Assembly (NCBI RefSeq): GCF_963921235.1
Contig: NC_086097.1
Location: 190,094,001 to 190,158,000, forward strand
DNA: 64,000 bases
From: Mobula hypostoma
Taxonomy: Eukaryota
Reading direction: 5' to 3'
Within the stretch, counting starts at the first letter, position 1; every line of letters begins with the position of its first letter. Both the position numbers and the translations under genes were made by a program. The notes below the pieces were generated by a model that did not search any database, was not told where the DNA came from, and saw nothing but the letters and a program-made list of their open reading frames with translations. Shown in pieces: positions 11,074-22,549 of the stretch.

Positions 11074-13190
11074 GAGGATACCAAAACATTCTTCAGAAAC
11101 ATAAAGTGTAAAAGAGAGGCAAGAGTGGGTATCAGACTGCTGGAAAGTGATGCTAAAGAGGTAGTAATGGGGGACAATAAAATGGTAGATGAACTGAATA
11201 AGTATTTGGCATCAGTCTTCAGGTGGAAGAAACTAGCAGCAAGGTGGAAGTTCCAGGTGTCGGGGCCATGAAGTGTGTGAGGTTACCATAGCTAGAGAGA
11301 ACATTTGTAGGAAATTGAAAGGTCTGAAGGTAGATAAGTCACCTGGACCAGATGGTGTAAACCACAAAGTGGGAATAAGGGGAGCCTTTTGTGGATGGCT
11401 GCCAGTGACTAGTGGTGTTCCAAGGGGTCTGTGGTAGGACCAATTCTTTTTACATTATATGTCAATGATTGGATGATGGAATTGATAGCTTTGTTGCAAA
11501 GTTTGCAGATAATAGGAAGATAGGTTGTAGGGCCGGTAGTTTTGAGGAAGTAGAGAAGATACAGAAGGACTTGGACAAATTAGAAGAAAGGGCGAGGAAA
11601 CAGCAGATGGAATACAATGTCAGGAAGTGTATGGTCATGCACTTTGATAGAAGAAATGAAAGGGTTGACTATTTTCTAAATGGAGAAAAAATACAAAAAA
11701 CTGAGGTGTAAAGGGCCTTGGGAGCCCATGTGCAGGATTCCCTGAACGTTAGTTTGCAGGTTGAGTTTGTGGTGAGGAAGGCAAATGCAATCTTAGTATT
11801 CACTTCAAGAGAACTAAAATATAAAAACTTTATAGTAATATTGAAACTTCATAAAGCACTGATGAGGCCTCACTTGTAGCATTGTGAGCAGGTTTGGGCC
11901 CCTTATCTTAGAAAGGATTTGCTGAAATTGGACAGGGTTCAAAGGAGGTTTACTGAAATGATTCCAGGATTGAATAGCTTGTATATTAAGATTGTTTTAT
12001 GGCTCTGGGCCAGTATTCTCTGGAATTCAGGAGAATGAGGGCTGACCTCATTGAATTCTATCAAACAGTAAAAGGCCTTGATGGAGACACCACAGTGGTT
12101 GGCCTGATCAGAGGGGATGACAAGACAGCCTACAGGGATGAGGTCCAGCACCTGGCCGTGTGGTGTGCCGATAATAACCTGGCCCTTAACACCCAGAAGA
12201 CCAAGAAGATCATTGTGGACTTCAGGCATGCTAGGAGCCACACTCATGTTCCAATTTACATCAACGGAGCTGTAGTGGAGCATGTATCAAGCTTCAAGTT
12301 CCTTGGTGTCCACATTTCCGATGATCTCACCTGGTCCCTGAACTCCTCCACCCTGATCAAAAAGGCGCAACTGAGCCTTTATTTCCTACGGAGCATCAAG
12401 AAAGCTCACGTCTGTCCCAGGATACTGTCAGACTTTTACCACTGTACCATTGAGAGCATACTCACCAACTGCATCTCATTGTGGTATGGCAATTGTCCCG
12501 TATCGGTGCGCAAAGCACTCCAGCGTGTGGTGAAAACTGCCCAGCAGATTATCAGCACCCAGTTGCCCACCATTGAGAACATCTACCATAAACGCTGCCT
12601 GGGTAGGGCAAAAGGCATTATCAAGGATGCATCTCACCCTAACCATGGACTTTTTACTCTCCTCCCATCCGGTAGGCGCTACAGGAGCCTCCGGTCCCGC
12701 ACCAGCAGGCACAGGAAGAGCTTCTGCCCTGAGGCTGTGACCCTGCTGAACCTCTCATCACAGTGCTAACAGTATTGCATCCGTATTATACTGTCTCAGT
12801 ACTTTTATATTTGTGTGCTGTAGCATTTACTTTTTATTCACAGTTATTTTGTAAATGATACTATTCCTTTGCACCTCTGGTTAGATGCTAATTGCATTTC
12901 ATTGGCTTTGTATCTGTACTCGGCGCAATGGCAATAAAGTTGAATCTAATCTAAATCTAATCTAATCCAGAGTGGATGTGGAGAGGATGTTTCCCATGGT
13001 GGGACAGTCTAATACCAGAGGATGGACAGAATAGAATGGAGATGAGGCGGAATTTCTTTAGCCAGAGGGTTGTGAATTTGTGGAATTCTTTGCCATTCTG
13101 CGGAGGCCAGGTCTTCATGTATACTTAAGGCAGAGGTTGGTAGATTTTTGATTGGTCAGGGCATGAAGGGAAATGGGGAGACAGCAGGAG
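11074..13190 (+). mobile_element. CR1 LINE ORF2 fragment with internal deletion, split by Rex1
   Basis: ORF 11469-11711 DDGIDSFVAKFADNRKIG...QMEYNVRKCMVMHF; YSLEFRRMRADLIE at about 12015; resumes as gagtggatgtggagagg at 12970. Confidence 0.85.
12086..12967 (+). mobile_element. Young Rex1/Babar LINE, 5'-truncated (RT C-terminal half)
   Basis: Uninterrupted frame DTTVVGLI...LNTQKTKKIIVDFR...CTIESILTNCIS.WYG...HGLFTLLPSGRRYRS; AATAAA at 12933-12938; (AATCT)n tail to 12967. Confidence 0.92.
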
Positions 13191-14029
13191 ATCTTATCGA
13201 CAAGAGGGAAGTGGGAAGGTGTGGTGAGTGTGGATGTCTGGGAAATGGAGGAGATACAGATGAGGGCATCATCAATGATGGAGGAAGCGAACCCCTATTC
13301 TTTGAAGAAGGAGGACATCTCAGACATCCCGGAAAGGAAAGCCTCATCCTGGGAGCTGATGCAGTGGGGATGAAGAAACTGAGTAAAGGGAACAGCATTT
13401 TTACAGGAGAAAGGGTGGGAGGAGGTATAGTCAAGATAACTATGGGGATCGGTAGGTTTATTAGATTATGTCAGTATCCGGTTTATCTCCAGAGATGGAA
13501 GCAGACATTGAGATAGTGGAGAGAAGTGTCAGAAATGGACAATGTGAATTCAGGGGCAGGGTGAAAGATGGAGATAAAGCTGATGAAATTGATGAATTCA
13601 GCATGGGTGCATCATCTTATGGTGTAACAATCAAGATGTTTGAAGGTGAATTTGTCTTTAATTATCCAGCGATTCTTATTTTGTAATATTCCTTCATTCT
13701 TCTATAAACTAAAGAGACACTGATGATTACACTAAGATGACAACATTTTAAGAGCTCCTGAGCAAGTTATCATTGGCACTGAGCCACATCATTTTATAAT
13801 GCTGTTCAACATTGGAAGAAGAAAACTCTTTCAGGTCAAAGACAGTACAGTAATCTATTAGCATAGCACATGGAACATAAATGCAATCAATTGTCCTTTC
13901 AAGTTTGGGATGGACAGCAGCTCCATAAACTGCATTGTACACTCACTGGAAAATATTGGTCTCTTTGTTATGACCAAAAAAGGACTGAATGCAGTGTGAG
14001 CATGAAAGTAGCATGGTTTTGTTATGATA

Positions 14030-14350
14030 GTCAGAAATCTCTTTCCTGGGGTAGGGATATCAAAAGCAAGAGATCATAGGATTAAGTTGAGAGGAAGGAA
14101 ATTTAAAGGGGATCCAAGAGGAAATTTCCTTCAGACTTTGGTTGATCACTGAAGTTGTTGCCAGAGGACATGGTAGAGATTATCACTATGTTAAGATGCA
14201 TTTAAGCAGGAACTTGAATAGGAAAGACAGACAAGGTTATGGACAATTGGAGCAAATCGGATTTGTGTAGACAGACAAGAAGGTTGCCATAAATGTAACA
14301 GGTCGAAGTGTTTATTTCTGTGCTCTTTACCTTTATGATTTCATGACTCT
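14030..14350 (+). mobile_element. Decayed CR1 3' end
   Basis: Degenerate match to CR1 C-terminus (gagatcataggattaagttgagagg) and 3' UTR ending tttatgatttcatgactct. Confidence 0.55.
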
Positions 14351-14849
14351 TTGAAAGGAGACATCTAAACTGCGTGCAAGCTTTCCTGCAGGAGCCTGTT
14401 CAAATCACTCTATCTCTCTGAAGCATTGCTTCCTTATATTAATCAAGTTGTTATTTCTATTGCAGGAGACTGCTGTAAAAGTGGAAAAACTGGATTTGGA
14501 AGTAGATGATGTCTGTCAATGACCTGACATTACAAGCAACTCTTTCTCCTTTGTTAAATTCAGTTCCAGAAAATATAGTTCCCACAGGAACCAAAAATCT
14601 AGTTTAAATCTACTTTTAAAGGAAGCAGAACTTTTATCCAAGTTCTGTTCTGACCAAATCATACTATACTCTACTCCCACAGCAATATGGGCCAAATGTA
14701 CAGTACTCAAGATGTGATATTAAATAATATATCATATGGAAAGTGCACTGTTATCACTTGTTCAAAAACTAATCTAAGAACCTTAATTAATGTAAATAAC
14801 CTTTTCCCTAAAATATGAAACAAAAAAAGCACATGCCATATTTGTTACA

Positions 14850-15170
14850 TAGATTCGTGAAGAATCCCAACCACCCTGCTCATGGACTGTTTGTCGCACT
14901 CCCATCAGGGAGGAGGCTACACAGCATCCACACCAGAACCACCAAACTCAAAAACAATTACTTTCCCAAAGCAGTAAGGCTGATCAACACCTCCACCCAC
15001 TAACTCCAACACTGCTTTTTTTCATTTCCATTCAATCACCTTATGTTCAACATAGTGTCATATTATGGACTTAAAACAATCCACATCTATATGCTATGTT
15101 ATTTATTTAGATTTATTGTGTTAAAATATATTATTGTGTTCTTTTTCTTTTGTGGGTTTTTTTATGCTTA
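14850..15170 (+). mobile_element. Rex1/Babar 3' fragment
   Basis: KNPNHPAHGLFVALPSGRRLHSIHTRTTKLKNNYFPKAVRLIN; 3' UTR resembles 38740-38960. Confidence 0.8.
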
Positions 15171-15519
15171 GTGTGACAAGTACTCTCAGAGAAGAATCCA
15201 GAGGGCACTAAAGTTACATCTCACCAAGAGATTTTGAAAGTTGAACACTACTTTTAAGATAAGAATAGAAGCAAAATCCTGGCTCTGTTAAAAGTGATCC
15301 TGAAATTATTGTCTGCCACCAGCATCTAGGAAAGGAAAACTTCCCTTCCTACCCAGTCTGTGTCTCTAATTGCATGAGAACACTATCATCTTCTGCAATA
15401 GTCTGACAAACCACTGAGTTACATCAAATCAATATGACCAGTTCTAGAGGGCTCACCATATTTTTAAGACAAAGGATAGATAGAAAAACCTCTACCTTAC
15501 TGAGGTCGGGTGGAAGATC

Positions 15520-15955
15520 TCAGACATATCCTCTTACTTACCCCATGAAAATGATCCCATTCCAGACCATCAGAAAATTGTCTCTGACACAATCATTAAT
15601 CATCTCTGGTGAACTCCCATCCACCGCCATCAAACTCATAGTTCTCTGATCCAGCATTGCTCGTTTCTACCTCCTACACAAGATCCACAAACCTGACTAT
15701 CCGGGTAGGCTCCTGCCCCACTGAACTCCTGTCAACATATCTCGATTCCATTCTATTCCCCTTGTTTCATTCTCTGCCCACCTACATCTGTAACACTTTA
15801 CTTTTCCATCTCCTAGCTCATCCTCCTTCCCCTTCCCCCACCATTTTATTCTTGCATCTCCCCATTTCCTTTCCAGTTCTGATGAAGGGTCTTGGCCTGA
15901 AACACTGACTATTTATTAATTTCCATAGATGCTACCTGACCTGGTGAGCCCCTAC
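15520..15955 (+). mobile_element. Internally deleted Penelope-like element with decayed hammerhead
   Basis: ARFYLLHKIHKPDYPGR and SCPTELLSTYLDSIL.PL..SLPTYI (PLE RT N-terminal motifs); CTGATGA at 15879-15885 and GAAA at 15899-15902, cleavage triplet mutated. Confidence 0.8.
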
Positions 15956-17199
15956 TGGGTTGCATAGCATAAGATTGGCCTCACCAATGCAAACACATTC
16001 TAAGAATTCATTTGAAGAAGCTTTGGCATCCCTAATAAAATTCATATATAATGGTAATCCCTTTTAAGGGTTAGAATCACACAATATGACCTGATAATAT
16101 TGTGTGCACTTTCAGGATCATACAGACATCCTACATTAAAAAAAAACTTAAGACTATATTGAATAAAAGTCATTTGTATTTTTAAAATATGGTTATCAAT
16201 CTTCCCAGAAGTCTTAAATTCAACTGAAAGTATCTGTAGGGATAAGGTAATTACAGTACATACTTCATTCTTAAAAAAAAAAGTATAGAGTTATCATTTT
16301 ATTATGAAATTTTAAATATTATTCTATACAGAACTTCTTTCCATGGCTATAGAAAGAAAAAAAGTAAATCAGGATAAATTAATTTGTTCATTATAAGAAG
16401 CCTGAAATGAAAGTATAATAATATTTCAGTAGAGGACAAGTCAATGATGTAGAACAGCTTTGAGATGCCAAAAAACAAGCCTAAAAAGTACTGCAGGAGC
16501 GAACTGCAAATGTCTTAAATCAGAAATGAAAATGGAATATTTGCAGAGGGGGAAATAAAATTTTCTTTTGAATTGATGTAATTTAATGAGAACTTTCTCA
16601 ATGTAATTTTTGAAGTTGCCTGCCTGCCAAAACAATTGCATCTTTTTTTAAATTGTATTTATTTAAGGCTAGAAATTGCATTTGGAGTGTGAATCAGATA
16701 GTAACTGTGGAGGACTCACAATTCTGGTATTCAGTCTGTTGGCAAATTGCATTCACAGGAAGGCAGCCAATGAAATGAAAGAGGTACAAATTGTTTTAAT
16801 CAGATGTGAATTGCAGTTAGGAAGCAATTAAGCACCTATAATAATACAAGAAGACAAAGCCAAATGTTTATTCATCAGAATTGGAGATAATAGTATGAGG
16901 AGAGATGATGAATTTGGATTTTGAGCTGGCCAGCAAACTGCCTCGTGTTAATAATTGCTTGCTCTGGTACTATTGTTTATAAAAGTGTGATTCCTGGTAT
17001 GATCTTCCAGTGGGCAGTTAGTTCCCAGCAAATGCAAGACCTTGCTGAATGCTCTGAAACTGGTATGTTTTGGCTCCTATGCTCAATGATTACTGGTGTC
17101 CCTGGTGTTGGTAATCTGAATGGCCCAGTTGCATTGCGTTGAGAGTGTGATCTACTTCATTGCTGTTCATTAATTAAGCAAAAATATTAAACAAATACT

Positions 17200-17480
17200 A
17201 TAGAACAGTATAGTACAGGAACAGGCCCTTTGAATCACGGTGGCACATATGTCTGCACATGATCTATATCCCTCCATTTGCTGTCTGTTCATGTCTAAAT
17301 GCCTCATTAATGTTGGCCTATTATCTGCTTTCATCACTTCCAGACACCTACCACGCTCATGTTTTAAAAAACAATTTTCCTCAGGCATCCTCTTTAAACT
17401 TGCCCCCTCTCATCTTAAACCTATGACCTCTAGTATTTGATATTTCTACACCGGGAAAGGTTCTGACTTCCCTGTCTCAT
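17200..17480 (-). mobile_element. CR1 3' UTR / C-terminal fragment
   Basis: tatagaacagtatagtacaggaacaggccctt is the antisense of a CR1 3' terminus. Confidence 0.6.
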
Positions 17481-17614
17481 AAAAAATATTTTTGTTGATA
17501 TCCAAGCACTTTGATTAATTTTATCTTTTATAAATCATGACCCTGAAATAATTCGAGCAATAGTGACCAGAAAAAAGGCCTGGTAGAGTTATGCAATATC
17601 AAAGTGAGGAATTT

Positions 17615-17830
17615 CCAGAAGCACAAGAGACTACATATGCTGGAATCTGGAGCAAAAACAAACTGCAGGAGTAATTCAATAGGTCCACTAGTATCTACAG
17701 AGGCATAGGGATAGTTGATGCTTTGAGTGAAGGTCCAGATGCAGGGGCTTGACCTGAAACATTCACTATCCCTCTGACTCCTAAGATGTGCCTGACCGAC
17801 TGAGTTCCTCCAGCTGTTTGTATTTTGCTG
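17615..17830. mobile_element. Older palindromic Penelope-derived element
   Basis: Inverted arms (agcaaaaacaaactgcaggag.../...ctccagctgtttgtattttgct) around a decayed hammerhead-like ccagatgcaggggcttgacctgaaacatt. Confidence 0.6.
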
Positions 17831-18774
17831 AGGAATTTCTAGCCTGGAGTTCATTGTGCCAGTGTGTCCCAAATGCAGCCATTAACAGCTTTGCTTCCAA
17901 GAATTTTGTGAATGAAACTGCGGTGTATGCTACAGGGAGTGCAGGCATGAGTGTGATACTGTGACGTTGTGGGTTCCACAGGGATTCTGTTCAAAGTCAA
18001 GGGCACTTGTTAATATTACTTCTATAAAGTTCAGTGGATGTTCTTGTGAAAACTGTTTGCCTAAATTGAAACTTTGCAAAGATATTCACCCATCTATATA
18101 GTTGTGCAAACACAGATCAGTGCAGTCAAAATTGAGGAGTGGTAGGAGAATGTGAAGGTAGCAAGTCCATATTCCTCCTACTGGAAGTGCTCAGTAGCAC
18201 AGTGCAGATGCTACCTCACTGGCATCCCTTGGAAGGTGCATGTCAAAGCTTCCAAGTCAAGAAAGCTAGTAAGTGCCAAAGTTATAGCTTGAAGTTTGAA
18301 GAAGCACTGTATTACTGGTCAGGAACTGACTCATGAAGAAGGAGCATATAACATGTGTGAAAGGATGCCACCTGCCTTATCACTTCACATTTTGTGCAAG
18401 GAGGTAGGGGGGTTGGCAAGCAGATGGAAAGAGGCAAAAGCACTCCACCATGAAATCCATCACACTGCAGAGCTGCAGGTGGCACCCTAGCAACACACTG
18501 GACATGGAGATTACTGTCTGCAGAAGAAAAGTTAAGTTAGATAATGTACATCCAAAACAAAACAAAGAAGTAACTAAATAATCTAAATAACTGAAGTGCA
18601 TAACAGTCACAAGTTGCCTAAGAGAGAAATAGGATAATATTTGTTTGAGTTGGATAGGTCATAGTGTAATACGGCATGGAAAAAGGTCCTTCAGCCAAAC
18701 TGGTCCATTCTGATCACAGCATCTTCCATGCTCATCCCATTTGCAGTCACATTTGACCAAAAACACTCCAAGCC

Positions 18775-18902
18775 ACAAACAAGAGAAAAGCTGCAGATGC
18801 TGGGAACATAAGCAACACACACAAAATGCTGGAGGAACTCAGCAGGCCAGGCAGGATCTATAGAAAAAAGTACAGTTGACGTTTTAGGCCGAAACCCTTT
18901 GG
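18775..18902 (-). mobile_element. Short Penelope-derived insert ending in hammerhead region
   Basis: Antisense of the PLE terminus; minus strand reads ccaaagggtttcggcctaaaacgtcaactgt; flanked by caagcc at 18769-18774 and 18903-18908. Confidence 0.75.
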
Positions 18903-19307
18903 CAAGCCCTTCTCCTCCAAGTATCTATCCAAGTGTTGCAATTGTACCTGCCTTGACCACTTCTTGTAGCTCATTCCAGGTACTCTCTCCCCTGTCTGTA
19001 AAGAAGTTACTTCTCATGTCTCTTTTAAATCGCTCCCCTCTTATTTTGTTCTTACCTTGTACTTGTGCTCTCTACTTTTGAGTTTCCCAGCCCTGAGGAA
19101 AAGACATTGACTGTCCATCTTATTCAAACCCCTCATAATTTTATAGACTTCTCTGAGGTCACCCCTCATTCACCTGCTCTCCAGTGAGTAAAGATCCAGC
19201 ATGGTCAACCTCTCTCTAGAATTCAGGCCCTTTAGTTCAAGCAGCTTCCTTGTTAGTCTACTCTGCACCCTCTCCAGTGTGATAATATCTTTCTTATAAC
19301 AAGGTGA

Positions 19308-19715
19308 ATCCCCTGTAGAGGTAGGATGCAGGGGATTTGTTGCTACATCTACGACCAGTCTATTGAAGAAGATGGGGGTGAGGGGTCACTCTCTCCAACA
19401 AGCAATCAAGTCCTGTCAAATGCAGCAGAAGAAAGCAGCAATTGGATTTGGATTAAAAGAAAAGACAACAACTGGGCTGCAAGATGAAGACAGGAGGGGA
19501 TGGAACTGAGGGGGTGTATCTGGGACACCAGGTAACACCGTTGAGCCCTCTGGAAATGTTGTGGGCTTATCAACGAAATGTCAAAGAAGGAGGGTGCCCA
19601 CCTGATGACCCCGATGATGTACCTACCCTCCCTCCTTGTCACCACTCCAAACCCACTGCCAACATCGAGAGTGCCGACTTACCATAGGGATTGAAACATC
19701 GTCCTAGTAGCTCTA
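19308..19715 (+). mobile_element. HERO-type non-LTR retrotransposon 3' end (restriction-like endonuclease tail plus 3' UTR)
   Basis: Translates PVEVGCRGFVATSTTSLLKKMGVRG..QQAIKS, then frameshifted AAEESSNWIWIKR; perfect 15-bp TSD CTTATAACAAGGTGA at 19293-19307 and 19716-19730. Confidence 0.82.
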
Positions 19716-20574
19716 CTTATAACAAGGTGACAAGAACATTGCAGAATACTCTAAGTGTGGCCTCAGCAATAGCTTGTATAACTGCAGCATAATGTCCCTA
19801 CTCCTAATCTCAATGAAAGCCAACATATTAAATTGCTTTTTCACCACCCTGTCTACTGCTTCAGTGAACTGTGCATTTGCACTCCCAGCTTCCTCTATTA
19901 CTCAACACTTGTCAGTGCCTTGTCATTCACTGTTTAGGTCTTACCCTTATTTGAATGCCCAAGATGCATCATTTCGCACTTGTCTAGTTGAAATCCATTT
20001 GCCATTCCCCAGCCCATCTCCTTCACTGATCAAGATCTCTTGGTAATTTATTGTAACATGCTTCACTATCAATAACTTCCGTAATTTAGTACCATCATCA
20101 AACTTGCTAATTGTGGCATATACATTCCTATCCAAACCATTTGCATGAATAATAAATAGCAGAGGTCCCAACACTCTCCCTGGAGCACTCTACTCGTCAT
20201 AATCATTCCTCTTCTGGTCATAGAATCAATCTTCATTTATCATCCTCTTCATCCTAACGCTAATCCGATGCTGAATCCACCTCCCTAGCTCCCTCAGATC
20301 CCAGATCCCATGCAACCTAACCTTCCAAATCAACCTGCCACATGGGACCTCGCCAAAGGCCTCACCAAAGTCCATCTAAACAACATCCACTGCCTTATCT
20401 TCATCTATTCCCTCTAGTTACCTCTTCAAAAATGCCAAACCATCTGTCAGACATGATCTCTCATGCACAAAACCATGCTGACTCTTTTACCTCCAGTAAT
20501 TTGTCTTGAGGGTTATTTTGCAATTAAATGCAGTATAAAAATTTAATGCAAAGTCTGGATAAAAATCTACAGTG

Positions 20575-20870
20575 AATAAGAAAGGATGAGCTAGCCCTGG
20601 AGAGAGTCCAGAGCAGCTTCACAAGAATGATTCCAAGAATGAAAGGCTTTACATATGAGAAATGATTGCTATCTCTGGTCCTTTCCTCGACTGAGTTCAG
20701 AAGAATGTTGGGGGACTTTGCTGAAGTCTCCAAAATACTGAAAGATCTGGATAGAGTGATGTGGAGATGATGTTATCAGTAGGAGTGTCTAAGATCTGAG
20801 GGCACAGCTTCTGCAAAAGGGACATCCCTTTAAAACTGAAATAGGAGGATGTTTTTCTTCTGATAGAGGG
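20575..20870 (+). mobile_element. CR1 C-terminal fragment
   Basis: RKDELALERVQSSFTRMIPRMKGFTYEK, matches other CR1 copies. Confidence 0.75.
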
Positions 20871-22199
20871 TATTTTATAATAACAGCCATATTGTGGAAT
20901 GACCAAAAACTAAATCACTTCGTAGTTATTTTTATTTTGCATACTGTTACAATTAGGATAATTTGGTGTGAAAATGATTCCAAAGTTATTGTATTATGAC
21001 TGTAGAATATATCACTGAATTTGAACTACCAATTGGCCAAGAATCAAGAGCTCATCAATTTATCACCACATTATTCAATCCTTTCTTCACTTAAGTGTTC
21101 AGAAATATCCAGCAAATTTCCATGTAATACAGTCTGCCCTTGGCTATTGCCTTCGTTAATGTTATGTTCACTTTTATCATTTTGTTTCTTTTTATACTCT
21201 TACCAGTTTTACCATTATATGGTGTTAGATCATTAGCATGCAGATTATTTGTGTTTCATCTATTTTTATATCAATTATTATCATAACAATTTTAATTCTT
21301 TCTTTGCTCAGCTGGAACATTTTCCAAATGTTTTCTTATCCTAAACAAAAAACTCTCAGTTTAAGCACTCAGAATGAGACTCTCACATTTAATGAGATGT
21401 TTATGAATGACTTTTGAGATATAATCTTGTGTCTTTAAAATCCAAAGTGTGAAGTGTGAATATTGATACTAGATAACAGAAAATAACTATTCCTTCCAGG
21501 CAAAACACTAAATGTACCAAACACTAAAATAATTAGCAACAGTGATAAATGTAAGTAATCAAAAGAGCATCTGCTGCCCTGTATTTTAATCTTACTTTAC
21601 AAAACCTCCCAGATTTTACATATTAAAACTATTCCCCTGCCTCTACCTTTCATAGGACTGGGAGAAACTAAACCTGGGCCTTTTGGGATCAATCTGGATC
21701 TCTAGTGCTGTTTATGTGGAGTTTGCACGTTCTCCCTTGCGGCAAGGGGTTCTGACTTCCTGACACTTCTGAAAAACATGCTAATTGTTAAGTGTATTAA
21801 ACTATTGTAAATTCCCTCTAGAGTAATGGCTGGTGAAAGAATCACTGTTGTGTTGATGGTGTGTGAGACAAAATAAATACATGCAGGAATAAGATTGATA
21901 GGAATGCTCTGAGAGCTGGCATACCCTCAATTGCTTGAATCACCTTCTATGTCCTAAGTAAATCTGAAATCTAAATTATCACATTGAAGTAGGATTATTA
22001 CATTGCATTTGAGGAAGGTATAATCAAATTATAGTTTTTTCAAAGTTCTAAGTAAATTTATTATCAATTTACATATGTCACCATATACAATCCTGAAATT
22101 CATTTTCATGTTTCATGTTACCTTACAATAAATTAGGAGTCTAATTTGGCCCATTGTCTATACCGATTCACAAAGCAATTATATTCTTCTACGAATTAG

Positions 22200-22460
22200 C
22201 TCTGTAACCGACAGTCCTCATATTCCCATCAACTTCCCCCAATCCTGCCCAGATTCTACCACCCACCCACACACTGGGACAATTTACACTGTCCAATTAA
22301 CCTACCAACCAGCAAGTCTTTACAATGTGGGAGGAAACCCACATGGACGCAGGGAGAATATGCAAATTGCACTTGTACACAATGTTGGGGATCATGATAG
22401 AACCTGGCTCACTAAGGCTGTGGGACAGTGCCTCCACTACTTATTCCATTCTGCTAACAT
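22200..22460 (-). mobile_element. V-SINE-like element
   Basis: aatgtgggaggaaacccacatggacgcagggagaatatgcaaatt is the antisense V-domain. Confidence 0.6.
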
Positions 22461-22549
22461 CCTGGTTGGAAAGAAACAACAATCAAATATTTTCAAAATT
22501 TTCGCCAAGTGTGTATGATAATGAGTGATGGTAATGCACATTAATGATA

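Larger units (their letters stand above)
10185..13610 (-). mobile_element. Penelope-like element split by a CR1 insertion (parts about 10185-11040 and 13195-13610)
   Basis: Antisense homology to the PLE at 8215-9413 (GIY-YIG region, pyrimidine tract, decayed hammerhead near 10220-10258); the RT thumb region continues collinearly at 13195. Confidence 0.8.
18655..20510 (-). mobile_element. CR1 LINE RT and 3' UTR, carrying a PLE-derived insert and a HERO insert
   Basis: ORF 19947-20174 LGPLLFIIHANGLD...ISKFDDGTKL; antisense QHGF at about 20470; CR1 3' terminus at about 18660. Confidence 0.8.
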
